From NCBI GenBank assembly GCA_041163725.1, contig JBEAQW010000166.1, positions 1 to 41,623 of the forward strand: a stretch of 41,623 bases of DNA, written 5' to 3'. This document shows positions 33,655 through 41,623 of the stretch, piece after piece. Positions within the stretch are counted from its first letter, which is position 1; each line of letters starts with the position of its first letter. This stretch comes from Planctomycetota bacterium (GTDB lineage Bacteria; Planctomycetota; Phycisphaerae; Phycisphaerales; SM1A02). The notes under the pieces are model-generated. The model worked only from the letters and a program-made list of their open reading frames with translations, was not told the DNA's origin and ran no database searches. Made by a program: the position numbers and the translations under genes.

Positions 33655-35337
33655 TCAGGCGGTCTTGACTGCCGCGACCGCCTCGCCGACGGTCGTGACT
33701 CGGTTCGCGACGAGGACCGCCGCGGACTCGCGGAGCGACGTGAGGTTCCCGTGTTCCCGAGCGGCGACCTCGACCGCGCGCGAACTTCCGCGACGCATGA
33801 TCTCGGCGCGCGTGAGCTCGTCGACGGTCAGGAGCTCGTAGCAGCCGATGCGGCCACGGAATCCGGAGCCACGGCACTCGCGGCAACCGGTCGACTCGGC
33901 GATGAGTCCGCTCGCGTCGGCGAAGAAGCCCTGCGGGAGTTCGCCCTCGCGCGGCGCGCGCATGTGGACGCACGACCGGCACACGCGACGGAGCAGGCGC
34001 TGCGCGAGCACTCCCTCGACCGTGCTCGCCACGAGGAACGGCTCGAATCCCATGTCGAGCAGTCGGGTGGCGGCGCCGCAGGAGTCGTTGGTGTGCATCG
34101 TCGAGAGCACGAGGTGACCGGTGAGCGACGCCTGCACCGCGGCGTTCGCGGTCTCGGCGTCGCGGATCTCGCCGATCATGATGATGTCGGGGTCGTGACG
34201 CAGGATCGCGCGCAGGCCGGCCGCGAAGTCGAGTCCGACCTGATGGTTCACCTGGATCTGGTTGACGCCGGCGACGTGGTACTCGACGGGATCCTCGACG
34301 GTGTTCGCCTTGACCTCGCCATCGACGATCTGGCGCAGCGACGCGTAGAGCGTCGTCGACTTGCCGCTTCCCGTCGGTCCGGTGACGAGCACGATGCCGT
34401 GGGGGCGGCTCACGAGCTCGAGCCAGCGCGTGCGGATCACATCGGGCATGCCGAGTTCATCGAGGCCGACGAGCACCGCCGACTTCGCGAGGATGCGGAG
34501 CACGACGCCCTCGCCGTACAGCATGGGGATCACCGAGAGACGGAGATCGAACTCCTGCACCTTCTGCCCGGGAAGCCGCTGCTTCAGCGTGATGCGGCCG
34601 TCCTGCGGCCGGCGCGTCTCGGAGATGTTGAGGCTCGCCATGATCTTGAGGCGACTCACGATCGCGGTGCGGAAGCGGTGGATGGTGGGCGGCACGCCCG
34701 CGTCGGAGAGCACGCCGTCGATCCGGTAGCGGACATGCAGCTCGTTCTCGTACGGTTCGATGTGGATGTCGGTGGCGCGCTCGCGGATCGCCTCGAACAA
34801 CAGGTCGTTCACGAGGCGCCTGACGCTCGCCTCGCTCGCGTCGTCGACCTCGCCGCCCTCGGCCACCGACTCGCCGGCGGGCGCCTGGCCCGCTCCGAGC
34901 GCGTCGAGCACATCGCCTGCGACGCCGAAGCGGTTCTTGATCTGGATGCCGATGTCGTCGTCCTCGGCGACGACGAGCGTGACGGGCATGCCCGCGGCGA
35001 CGCGGATCTGGTCGTAGCCGTCGAGGCGCAGCGGGTCGCTCGTCGCGACCACGAGGGCGCCTTCCTCGAAGCGGATGGGAATCGCGCGCAGCCGGTACAC
35101 GAGCCGCGCGGGGACGGCTCGGACGGCGTCCTCGTCGATGACGATCTCGTCGAGCCGGACATACGGCATCGCGAGTTCGTCGGCGAGCGCGCGCATGACC
35201 TGCTCGCCGCTCGCGAAGCCGAGGCGTGCGATGGTCCGCTCGAGCCGCTCGCCCACGCGCGCCTGCTCGCGCAGGGCGTGCTCGAGCTGCTCGTCGGTCA
35301 CGATGCCGTGCGAAAGGAGGAGCGGACCGAGCGACAT
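33655..35337 (-). CDS. GspE/PilB-family secretion or type IV pilus assembly ATPase
   Basis: The T2SSE N-terminal domain is followed by Walker A VTGPTGSGKSTTLYA and the Asp box/Walker B (ILRHDPDIIMIGEIRD). A His box and a tetracysteine cluster (CRSC...CRECRGSG) are also present. Confidence 0.95.
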   Translation of the reverse strand: MSLGPLLLSHGIVTDEQLEHALREQARVGERLERTIARLGFASGEQVMRALADELAMPYVRLDEIVIDEDAVRAVPARLVYRLRAIPIRFEEGALVVATSDPLRLDGYDQIRVAAGMPVTLVVAEDDDIGIQIKNRFGVAGDVLDALGAGQAPAGESVAEGGEVDDASEASVRRLVNDLLFEAIRERATDIHIEPYENELHVRYRIDGVLSDAGVPPTIHRFRTAIVSRLKIMASLNISETRRPQDGRITLKQRLPGQKVQEFDLRLSVIPMLYGEGVVLRILAKSAVLVGLDELGMPDVIRTRWLELVSRPHGIVLVTGPTGSGKSTTLYASLRQIVDGEVKANTVEDPVEYHVAGVNQIQVNHQVGLDFAAGLRAILRHDPDIIMIGEIRDAETANAAVQASLTGHLVLSTMHTNDSCGAATRLLDMGFEPFLVASTVEGVLAQRLLRRVCRSCVHMRAPREGELPQGFFADASGLIAESTGCRECRGSGFRGRIGCYELLTVDELTRAEIMRRGSSRAVEVAAREHGNLTSLRESAAVLVANRVTTVGEAVAAVKTA

Positions 35338-35394
35338 GACGACAGCGTAGCGGAGCGGAGCGGCGTCACCAATCGCCGGCCCGCCGGATCGTGT

Positions 35395-36621
35395 TCAAGC
35401 CGGACCGGGACTCGCGGCGCGGAAGAGCACGGCCGCCGCCGTCTGCGTATGGACGAACGAATGGTCTCCGATCGGTCCGATCTCGCCCGCGCAATGGAAT
35501 CCGGCCATCGGAATGCCTCCGAGGCGCGTGGAGATCGAGGCGGCGTCGTGATCGCCTGCGGGGAACAGGCGGGAGCCGCGCATGTTGCAGGTGAAGAGGA
35601 GGGCGGCGGCGGGCTCGCTGCGGAGCTGCTCGGCCGACAGCAGCATCGAGAGGTCGGCGTGGGCGGTGGTCGCATCGCGCGCGTGGAGACGCACGGTTGC
35701 GCCGGTCTTCACATCGTCGGTCACGCGAAGCGTTCCCTTCAGGCGGTCGATCTCGAGGACGGGGCGGATGAGGAAGTCGTCGCGACCGAGTCTTGGCTTC
35801 GACGAGTCGCGGGCGAGACCGACGAGGATGCCGTGCGACAGGCACTCGTGCTCGTCCTCGGAAGACCGTTCCGCGACTTCCTGAACGACCTCCAGCGCGG
35901 GCCGGCCGCCAAGTTCGACGATCTCGTTGCCGCGTGCACGCGTCACCACGAGGCAGGGCCCGATCGCGCGGCAGCCGTGACTGACGAGTCCGTCGAGGAT
36001 CACATCGCCGAACAGCGAGAGGCCGACGATGCCCTCGTGCACGACCCGCCGATCGACGGCGAGCGCATTCAGGCCCGGCTGCGTCGAGCCGCTCGCCACG
36101 CCGCCGAAGATCCGCGTCCGTCCCGGATGCGCCGCGCGCTCGATCGCCTCGCAAGCCCGACCCGCATGGATCGAGAAGGGATCGGCGAGCATGAGGATGC
36201 CGCGGTGCGGCTTCGTTCCATGGTCGGGGGGCAGTGCGACCCGCTCGCGGATGAAGCCATCGCTCCAGACGCTCGGGGGGCCATCGGCGAGCCCGAAGGA
36301 GAAGGGGTGGGCAGCGACTCCTGGGAGGCGCAGCGCCAGCGCGCTCATGCCCGGGGTGCGCTCGACCTCGCGATCATCCGAAACCACGCCTTCCGTGGTG
36401 CAGGCGAGGACATGTGCGGGATGGAGTTCCGAGCGAAGTATCTCGAGTGCGTCCGAGAACAGCGCCCGGTGGTGGAAACTCGCGAACACGACGAGAATGT
36501 CCGGTCGGACCTCGCTGCGGGCTCGGAGCGATGCGGCGAGTTCCTTGGCGGCGAAGCGCGTCTCGAGACGCTCGGAGAGCGCCGAAACTGCGGAGGGAGC
36601 TCGCGAGATACTCACGGCCAT
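35395..36621 (-). CDS. FIST-domain sensory protein
   Basis: FIST_N-like (PDILVVFASFHH...) and FIST_C-like (AALLFTCNMRGSRLF...GFHCAGEIGP) segments are present. ATG 36621 is preferred as the start, with GTG 36657 as the alternative. Confidence 0.85.
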   Translation of the reverse strand: MAVSISRAPSAVSALSERLETRFAAKELAASLRARSEVRPDILVVFASFHHRALFSDALEILRSELHPAHVLACTTEGVVSDDREVERTPGMSALALRLPGVAAHPFSFGLADGPPSVWSDGFIRERVALPPDHGTKPHRGILMLADPFSIHAGRACEAIERAAHPGRTRIFGGVASGSTQPGLNALAVDRRVVHEGIVGLSLFGDVILDGLVSHGCRAIGPCLVVTRARGNEIVELGGRPALEVVQEVAERSSEDEHECLSHGILVGLARDSSKPRLGRDDFLIRPVLEIDRLKGTLRVTDDVKTGATVRLHARDATTAHADLSMLLSAEQLRSEPAAALLFTCNMRGSRLFPAGDHDAASISTRLGGIPMAGFHCAGEIGPIGDHSFVHTQTAAAVLFRAASPGPA

Positions 36622-36968
36622 CGAAGTTAAGGGCGACAACGCACGGGACAGCCGCACTTCTTTCCAGATCGGACGATATTCCTCAAAAGTGGCGCAACTA
36701 ATTATGTGAGCAGGAGGTTACGCGCGAGTGCGTAGGGATCCGGAGCGGTGTGCTTCATCCTGCCGGCGGGCGCTGGCGGAGTCCGCACCGACGCCGGCGA
36801 CCCCCCACGAACGCGGCAGGGTCGGAAAGCCTGTGATCGCTCGGAGCTGTAAAGGCCGCTGAACTCGACGACTCCCGAGGCGGGCACTTGCAAATCGATC
36901 CGGTTTTGGGCATCATCCCCGATTCGCCATTCGTCCGAACGAACGAATCCAGACCGACAGGAACGACC

Positions 36969-37241
36969 GTGCCGAATACCGAATCAGCCAAGAAGCGTGT
37001 ACGCCAGACCACGAAGCGCAACGCCCGCAACCTGTGGCGCAAGCGTCGCATCAAGGACGCCAGCGGCGCCTTCCTCAAGGCCGTTGCCAGCGGTGATCCC
37101 GCCGCCGCCGACAAGGCGATGCGCGACGCCGCCCGCACGCTCGACAAGATCGCTGCCACGGGCACGATCCACAAGAACACGGCGTCTCGCCGCAAGAGCC
37201 GCATGGCGGCGAAGCTTGCGACGATGACCAAGGGCAAGTGA
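36969..37241 (+). CDS. rpsT: 30S ribosomal protein S20
   Basis: (V)PNTESAKKRVRQTTKRNARNLWRKRRIK...GTIHKNTASRRKSRMAAKL aligns by eye with E. coli S20. The GTG start is at 36969. Confidence 0.9.
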   Translation: MPNTESAKKRVRQTTKRNARNLWRKRRIKDASGAFLKAVASGDPAAADKAMRDAARTLDKIAATGTIHKNTASRRKSRMAAKLATMTKGK

Positions 37242-37250
37242 TCCGCGCGT

Positions 37251-37277
37251 GACCGTCCCGATCGTCATCGGGCGGTC
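37251..37277 (+). terminator. Strong hairpin 10 nt after the rpsT stop (no U-tract)
   Basis: gaccgtcccgat cgtc atcgggcggtc forms an 11-bp stem with one mismatch. Confidence 0.35.
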
Positions 37278-37456
37278 CGCAGTCGAGCCTTCGCGGCGAA
37301 TCCGCGCGCGAGGTGGACTGCGGGCGCCGCAGGCGCGTCGCACCGAATCGATGCCGTTCCATCGGCGCGGTGCGGCGGGTTGGCGAAGAGCGTGCGAATC
37401 GGCCAGGCCTCGGTGATCCCGAGCGATCCGCGGAGCGCACGGTAGGTGACGACCGG

Positions 37457-38281
37457 ATGGCAAAGCGCACGAGCAAGTCGACCGCACGCAGCCGTTCACG
37501 AGACAACGCATCCCGCTCCGCGCATGCGCAGGGCGGGATTTCTCTTTTCGACTCGTACCTCGTCCATTCGCGGGAGCCGCTGACGGTCCTGCTGTTCCTG
37601 CTGCCTCTGGTGGTGATCTACGAGATCCTGCTGGTGTCGGCGCTCCGGTCGTCGGGAGGCGTGGTCACGCCCGATGCGCACCGGTGGATCCTGACGCTCT
37701 TCGAGGCGCTCGAACTCGGCACGGTGGGGCTCTGGCTTCCGGGCGTGCTCGTCCTCGGCGTGCTGCTCGTCTGGCATGTCGTCGAGCGACGGCCGCTGCG
37801 CGTCGAGCCCTCGACGGTTGGTCTGATGTGGAGCGAGAGCATCGTGGCCGCGCTGCCGCTTCTCGTGTTCTCGCAGGTGGCGCTGCGGATTCCGGTGCAG
37901 GCGGCGGGCGGCGACTTCGACGCACTTCCCCTCGGGGCGCGCATCGCGGTCTCCGTCGGTGCGGGGATCTACGAGGAGCTGCTCTTCCGGCTCGGACTGA
38001 TCGGCGTGCTGGTGATCGTGTTCGAGGACATCCTGCGGACTCCCCGGCGCGTCGCGACCATGATCGCGGTCGGGCTCAGTGCGATCGCCTTCATGGCGTA
38101 CCACCCGCTGCGGGGCGAGTCGGGGGCGCTGCTTCCCTCGCGGGTCGTCTTCTATCTCGTCGCGGGCATCTACTTCGGCGCGCTCTTCGTGGTCCGCGGA
38201 TTCGGTATCGCGGTCGGTGCACACGCTGCCTACGACATCTTCGCGGCGGTGCTCGCGCCGGGCGCAGCGACGGATTCCTGA
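37457..38281 (+). CDS. CPBP family intramembrane glutamic endopeptidase (CAAX protease-like)
   Basis: The motifs EELLFRLGLIG, FMAYH and HAAYDI lie within a multi-pass membrane protein. The start is set at ATG 37457. Confidence 0.85.
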   Translation: MAKRTSKSTARSRSRDNASRSAHAQGGISLFDSYLVHSREPLTVLLFLLPLVVIYEILLVSALRSSGGVVTPDAHRWILTLFEALELGTVGLWLPGVLVLGVLLVWHVVERRPLRVEPSTVGLMWSESIVAALPLLVFSQVALRIPVQAAGGDFDALPLGARIAVSVGAGIYEELLFRLGLIGVLVIVFEDILRTPRRVATMIAVGLSAIAFMAYHPLRGESGALLPSRVVFYLVAGIYFGALFVVRGFGIAVGAHAAYDIFAAVLAPGAATDS

Positions 38282-38365
38282 TCGCGCGCTCACGGCCCCG
38301 CCATCGGTCGCGGAAGCCTTCCGGCGCCCGCACGCGTCGAGGGCGACGCGATACGCTTTCCTCCC

Positions 38366-39373
38366 ATGTCACCGCCGTCGACGCGCAGCGCCGGTTCGAA
38401 CTCGAGGCTGGCCGTACCCGTGCTCCACGGAATCCGCACGGTCCAGACCGCGGTGAATGTGAACCAGACGATCGGCGAGGCGCTCGAGGATCTTCGCCGA
38501 CGCGCGATCGACAATCCCGTGGTGTATGTCTACGCGATCGACGACGACGATCGCCTCGTCGGGCAGGTTCCGACTCCGGCGCTTCTCTTCTCGTCTCCGT
38601 CGCGGCTCGTCCGCGATGTCATGCGGTCGGACCTCACGACGATCCCGATCGACATGTCGCTCGACGAGGCGCTCGAGATCTTCCGCAAGCGCCGCCTCCT
38701 CGCGCTGCCCGTCGTCGACCGCGAGGGAAGGCTCGTCGGAGCGATCGATGTCGAGCAGTACGCGACGGGCCAGCTCGAGCGCGCCGAGCGCGAGCGCGTG
38801 CGCCAGGTGTTCCAGACGCTCGGAGTCGATCTCGGCCACGCCGCCGACATGACGGTGCTCGAGGCGTTCCGCATGCGGCTGCCCTGGCTGCTCTGCAACA
38901 TCGGAGGCGGACTCCTCTGCGCGGTGATCGCGTGGCGTTTCGAGGACCTGCTGAAGCAGGCGGTCATCCTCGCGTTCTTCCTTCCGCTCGTCCTCACGCT
39001 CGGCGAGAGCATCGCGATGCAGTCCGTCACGCTCGCCGTCGGTGTCGATCCCGACCGGCGCTCCGCGAAGGCGGCGTTCAAGGCCGTGCGCCGCGAGGCG
39101 CTGACCGCGCTCCTGCTCGGCCTCGCGTGCGGTGCGATCGTCGCGCTTTTCAGCCTGCTCTGGGGCGGCGGGCTCGCGGGGGCCGCGACCATGATGCTCG
39201 CGGTCTCGGGCAGCATGACCTTCGCGGCGGCGGCGGGAGGCACGATTCCCCTGTTGCTTCACTCGCTGCGGCTCGATCCGACCGTCGCGGCGGGGCCGGT
39301 TGCGCTCGTCGTCGCCGATACGGCGGCCACCGGTCTCTACTTCTCGACCGGTCTCTTCCTGCTCTCCGCCTGA
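38366..39373 (+). CDS. mgtE: MgtE-like divalent cation transporter (CBS pair plus MgtE membrane domain)
   Basis: The CBS pair (VRDVMRSDLTTIPIDMSLDEALEIFRKRRLLALPVVDREGRLVGAIDV) is followed by the MgtE TM region (RLPWLLCNIGGGLLCAVIAWRFEDLLKQAVILAFFLPLV). The usual N-domain looks short or absent. Confidence 0.8.
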   Translation: MSPPSTRSAGSNSRLAVPVLHGIRTVQTAVNVNQTIGEALEDLRRRAIDNPVVYVYAIDDDDRLVGQVPTPALLFSSPSRLVRDVMRSDLTTIPIDMSLDEALEIFRKRRLLALPVVDREGRLVGAIDVEQYATGQLERAERERVRQVFQTLGVDLGHAADMTVLEAFRMRLPWLLCNIGGGLLCAVIAWRFEDLLKQAVILAFFLPLVLTLGESIAMQSVTLAVGVDPDRRSAKAAFKAVRREALTALLLGLACGAIVALFSLLWGGGLAGAATMMLAVSGSMTFAAAAGGTIPLLLHSLRLDPTVAAGPVALVVADTAATGLYFSTGLFLLSA

Positions 39374-39408
39374 TCACGGCGGGAGGGCGGCTTGGGTACA
39401 CTCATCGC

Positions 39409-39951
39409 GTGGCGCTCGAACGGATCCGGCTTCTCTGCCTCGATGTCGATGGCGTGCTCACCGATGGCGGCATCTCGATCGACGATGCCGGTCACGAGCA
39501 GAAGCGGTTCCATGTCCGCGACGGAGCGGCGATCCGCATGTGGTCGAGGCTCGGGCTCGAGGTCGCGATCATCACGGGCCGGAACGGCATGGCGCTCCGG
39601 CATCGGCTGCGCGAACTCGGCGTCCGTCATGTGATCAGCGGATCCAAGGAGAAGGGCGGCGCATTCGACGGTCTCGTGGCGGATCTCGGGATCGCCCCCG
39701 AGGACGCGGCGATGATCGGCGACGACCTTCCCGATCTTCCGATCCTCCGTCGATGCGGTCTGCCGATCGCCGTGCGAGACGCTTCGCAGGAGGTCCTCGA
39801 CATCGCGCGCTTCGTCACGCCGCGCCCCGGCGGATCAGGAGCGGTCCGCGATGCGGTCGAGCACATCCTCAAGGCGCAGGGGCGCTGGAACGAGGCCGTG
39901 CGAATCTTCGATCCGGGGTTCGAGCCCGTCGATCGCGGAGGTGCGCGGTGA
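39409..39951 (+). CDS. kdsC: 3-deoxy-D-manno-octulosonate 8-phosphate phosphatase
   Basis: The HAD motif LLCLDVDGVLTDG is present, together with FHVRDGAAI and MIGDDLPDLP. The GTG start is at 39409. Confidence 0.9.
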   Translation: MALERIRLLCLDVDGVLTDGGISIDDAGHEQKRFHVRDGAAIRMWSRLGLEVAIITGRNGMALRHRLRELGVRHVISGSKEKGGAFDGLVADLGIAPEDAAMIGDDLPDLPILRRCGLPIAVRDASQEVLDIARFVTPRPGGSGAVRDAVEHILKAQGRWNEAVRIFDPGFEPVDRGGAR

Positions 39952-41623
39952 ACTGGCGTGCATTCCTGCGCCGTCGGCGCGGGCTCGCTTTCGCGCTCCC
40001 CGCGGGAATCGTGGCGGTCCTCGTGCTGCTCGCGGCGCTGAACTTCGACGAGGGCGTCGCGCTCTCGCCGCGCGAGTCGCGCATCAAGGACGCGCAGTCG
40101 CTGCTTGCGCCGCGCGCGGCGAGCGCCGAGGAACTCGCGAACGCGAGCGGCTCGCTGAGCGAGCAGACCGCGATCCGCCTGACCGAGGGCGCGTGGGTGC
40201 AGGTCGCCGACGAGACGGGACGCCTGGCGCAGCAGTACAGCGCCGCGCGGCTCGAGCCGTTGCCCGCAAGCCGGCTTCGCATGACGGAGCCGCGCGCGCG
40301 CATGTATCTGCGCGATGGTCGCGTGATGACGCTCGCCGCGCGTGACGGGATCGTGAGCGTCCCGCGGCGCGCGCTCGAGTCCGGCACGCTCGAGGGCGAT
40401 GTCGTCATCCGGCTGTACAAGCCGGTCGACGGGCGTGCCGTCGATGTCCTGCGCGACGAGCCGTCGATCGTGATGAACGCCGACGAGGCGCAGTTCGACG
40501 GCGTCGCCGGCGAGGTGCGCTGCGATCGCGCGGTCCGCATCGAGACCGATGCGGGAAGCTTCGCGGGCGAGGGCCTGACGCTCGTGCTCGACGCGAGCGG
40601 CGAGGGCGTCGAGACGCTGCTGGTCGACCGTGCGCTCGAGCCCATTCGCATCGATCGCGCCACGCGCGCGATCGCCGCGAAGCGTCGGGAGAAGCGCGAT
40701 GCGGGTCGGCCCGCGGTCGAGCGCCTCTCGCCCGTGGTCGCGAGTCCCGCCATTCCAGCGGCGACGGATCCGTCGCGCACGGATTCCCGGCCGACCGGAA
40801 GCCAGCCGGCCAACGACGGGATCGCGCGCTCCGATGGCGGGCGCCCCGTTTCCTCCGAGGCGACCGATGGCGGCGCGGACGGCTCGACGGCCGACGCGCA
40901 GCCGGGGACGGCGCGCTTCTACCGACTCACACTCCATGGCGGCGTCGAGATCGTGCGCACGCGCGCCGGCCATGTCAGCACCATCCGGGGGGACGAGCTC
41001 GTCGCAGTGTTCAGTCTCGAATCCCAGGGGCTCGACCAGCTCGCCATCGTTCCGGCGACGGTCGGCTCCCCGCACGAAGGCCGTGTCGCCATGAATGTCA
41101 GTCGTTTCACATCTCCCGCGGCGCTCGCCATCGGCGCGCTTGCGTTCTCGGTTCCGCAGGAGCAGTCCGCGGTCGCGTCGGGTGATTCCGACAGCGTGGT
41201 CGTGTCGTTCGGCGGTCGACTCGAGATGGTCCCGGTGCTCGATCCGGCCGACATGCTCGCAAGCGCCGATGATGTCCGCTTCGATGTCCTGGGTTCACGC
41301 GTCGAGCTCGTCGACGGCCGCAGCCGGACGCGCGTGAACTGCTCGCGCCTGCGCTACAGCGTGCGCGACGAGCGCGTCGAGGCGGAGGGCCGCGAGATGC
41401 TGCCGCTGACCGTCGTGAACGCGCGGTTGGCGCTCGAGGGATCGCGGTTCACGGCGTCGTTCCGCGACGGAATCGGCCGTCTCGATGGCGCGGGACGCAT
41501 GGCCTTCGCGCCGGGCGCCGCGCGCGAGGTCGCGTGGCTCGAACTCGCACCCGCGATGGTTCCCGACGCGGCGAGGATGCTGGTGTCGGCGGATCCGGCC
41601 GCGGTGGCCCTGATCGACGCGCG
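39948..41623 (+). CDS. LptC/OstA-like membrane-anchored protein, 3' end beyond the window (absent from the supplied ORF track)
   Basis: The GTG at 39948 overlaps the kdsC stop (GTGA). The frame stays open for 558 codons to the window end with strong G/C third-position bias. The N-terminal TM helix is LAFALPAGIVAVLVLLAAL. It is followed by beta-rich OstA/LptC-like segments (MYLRDGRVMTLAARDGIV...IVMNADEAQFDGVAGEVRCDRAVRIETDAGSFAGEGLTLVLD). The position after kdsC matches the kdsC-lptC-lptA arrangement. Confidence 0.7.
   Translation, partial: MNWRAFLRRRRGLAFALPAGIVAVLVLLAALNFDEGVALSPRESRIKDAQSLLAPRAASAEELANASGSLSEQTAIRLTEGAWVQVADETGRLAQQYSAARLEPLPASRLRMTEPRARMYLRDGRVMTLAARDGIVSVPRRALESGTLEGDVVIRLYKPVDGRAVDVLRDEPSIVMNADEAQFDGVAGEVRCDRAVRIETDAGSFAGEGLTLVLDASGEGVETLLVDRALEPIRIDRATRAIAAKRREKRDAGRPAVERLSPVVASPAIPAATDPSRTDSRPTGSQPANDGIARSDGGRPVSSEATDGGADGSTADAQPGTARFYRLTLHGGVEIVRTRAGHVSTIRGDELVAVFSLESQGLDQLAIVPATVGSPHEGRVAMNVSRFTSPAALAIGALAFSVPQEQSAVASGDSDSVVVSFGGRLEMVPVLDPADMLASADDVRFDVLGSRVELVDGRSRTRVNCSRLRYSVRDERVEAEGREMLPLTVVNARLALEGSRFTASFRDGIGRLDGAGRMAFAPGAAREVAWLELAPAMVPDAARMLVSADPAAVALIDA

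Noticed and set aside
33397-36630. 1077-codon plus-strand ORF
   Set aside because: It runs antisense to the GspE/PilB ATPase and the FIST protein, both of which have unmistakable motifs on the minus strand. Its composition is the typical shadow-ORF type (R, A, G, D, E, H), and it is not coding.
39627-41075. 482- and 314-codon minus-strand ORFs at the 3' end of the window
   Set aside because: They are antisense to the long plus-strand LptC/OstA-like frame, which has proper codon bias, a TM anchor and a coupled start with kdsC. These two are Arg-rich shadows.
1-41623. Search for mobile elements, prophage genes, toxin-antitoxin pairs, restriction-modification or other defence systems, tRNA/rRNA genes
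   Set aside because: I recognised no transposase, integrase, phage structural, Cas, methyltransferase or nuclease signatures. I also saw no tRNA-like T-loop (GGTTCGAAT) in any intergenic spacer. The window looks like core chromosome rather than an accessory island.

Overview
Very GC-rich bacterial chromosome segment in which nearly every real gene has G/C at the third codon position. It is probably a diderm with LPS and a flagellum. The gene content (zinc-ribbon membrane proteins, HEAT lipoproteins, dispersed nuo and lpt genes) suggests Planctomycetota/Phycisphaerae, but that is inference only. The window is densely packed with housekeeping genes: a flagellar hook operon (fliK-flgD-small gene-flgE); the conserved ffs(SRP RNA)-dnaX-ybaB-recR block; rpoN; ilvE; a HEAT-lipoprotein/MDR/MATE operon; a nuoD-nuoE-nuoF module translationally coupled to ybeY and a CorC-type gene; and lptB with a PEGA lipoprotein. 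Envelope genes include a PagL-like protein, galE, a capD-like gene, an LpxL-like gene and kdsC plus an LptC-like ORF. A long minus-strand block runs FIST, GspE/PilB ATPase, coiled-coil protein, acyltransferase, receiver-only response regulator, then three small unknown proteins. rpsT, a CPBP protease and an MgtE-like transporter complete the set. Most long ORFs in the supplied track are antisense or off-frame shadows typical of high-GC DNA and were discarded. The track also misses two reading frames that run off the window edges: the fliK 5' end and a >550-codon LptC/OstA-like ORF at the 3' end. I found no mobile element, CRISPR array, prophage or recognisable defence island. The most interesting signals are: (1) an A AAA AAA slippery heptamer in dnaX with a -1 frame stop two codons later; (2) a 420-bp non-coding gap (24627-25049) holding an 11-bp tandem repeat and an orphan minus-strand intrinsic terminator, so a candidate sRNA; (3) a response-regulator operon with three uncharacterised small acidic proteins; (4) a FIST sensor paired with an orphan GspE ATPase that carries an MshEN-like N-terminus; and (5) an MDR dehydrogenase-like protein that appears to have lost its catalytic motifs. 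All homology calls come from by-eye motif recognition, and no database search was run.
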